Position numbers and translations under genes: made by a program. From Octopus bimaculoides (lineage: Eukaryota), in assembly GCF_001194135.2 (NCBI RefSeq), contig NC_068982.1:64929839-64993838 (forward strand): 64,000 nucleotides of DNA, written 5' to 3'. The notes under the pieces were generated by a model. The model was not told the DNA's origin. It saw only the letters and a program-made list of their open reading frames with translations, and searched no databases. Below are positions 63,261 through 64,000 of this stretch, one piece after another (within the stretch, counting starts at the first letter, position 1; every line of letters begins with the position of its first letter).

Positions 63261-63962
63261 GGTCAATATTATCAACTAGTTTACCACTTTTAAAATTGCT
63301 GGCCTTGTGCCAAAATGATTATTATTATTATTATTATTGGTGTTGTTAAATTTGTTGTTTGTTCTTTCACTTAACTACACACATTTTACAAGTGCATTAT
63401 TTTTTGAACTTTTGATTTGAGTAAAATAAGCATAACAGAATAACTTTTGTTTGAAGCTGATTTTACATAACCTGCACAAGCATGTATGATTTCATGCAGG
63501 GTTAACCAAGATAACTTCCATCTCATTCTTTACCCTATAACAGATGACGGTGAATAGATTTCAACTTCATTAAGGACTCAAGTCACTTTAAGTCACTAAA
63601 AAGCATGTGATAGGATTGACTTGTCATAAGTCTCTCAAATGAAATTGCAGGCCAGTTATTAGGCACTGGATTGTTTCTTTGAGCATGACATCTACACAGA
63701 ATGAGTAGGTCGACTGAAGTATCATCATCATCATTTTAATGTCAACTTTTCCATGCTTGCATGGGTTGGACAGATTTTGTTGAGGCAGCTGTTCTATAAC
63801 TGGATGCCCACCCTATCACCAACTTGCTTTCAAGTAAGGAATATTTCCACATGGCCAGATGTGTTTTTTGCAGAATATTGGGAATGAATGCCATTCATTT
63901 ACAATAATCATGCAATGTCAACAGAAACACACACATACATACACACCCACATTATATATACA

Positions 63963-64000
63963 TACAAGGTGCAATGGGTAAATTGTCGCCATTTTATATT
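63963..64000 (+). mobile_element. Possible left end of a Tc1/mariner element cut by the window edge
   Basis: TA-CAAGGTGCAATGGGTAAATTGTCGCC resembles TA-CAGGGTG-type termini; the partner TIR is not visible. Confidence 0.25.

Noticed and set aside
63544-63573. Possible terminal exon after taccctataacag
   Set aside because: Reads MTVNRFQLH* with no resemblance to the expected zipper continuation (DLDDIEDENEQL-like). The last exon is probably beyond the window.

Overview
AT-rich, repeat-saturated eukaryotic genomic DNA with five N-gaps. The repeat families and (CA)n/(TA)n/(CAT)n load point to an octopod cephalopod, probably Octopus; this is inferred from repeat style, not a database hit. The whole window lies inside one + strand gene. 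Four internal coding exons (22295-22375, 34267-34307, 45951-46488, 54630-54734) splice in frame (phases 0-0, 0-2, 2-0, 0-0) into a 255-aa segment that ends in the start of a Par-4/PAWR-type leucine zipper. The first and last coding exons were not found in the window. The 8-22+ kb introns contain tRNA-derived SINEs of at least four families, three decayed RTE-LINE fragments, two dead mariner elements, piggyBac-like and hAT-like MITEs, small fold-back elements, and a Penelope-like GIY-YIG remnant. Most notable: (i) a hammerhead-ribozyme motif in the Penelope inverted repeat, with a tRNA-like Pol III head upstream of the direct copy of that repeat; (ii) a second, independent hammerhead-like motif at 21553; (iii) a near-perfect ~155-bp-arm fold-back palindrome ~305 nt upstream of the largest exon; (iv) young SINE copies in convergent orientation around that exon, suggesting circRNA or ADAR substrates. 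Almost all ORFs in the supplied track are microsatellite, SINE or gap artefacts.
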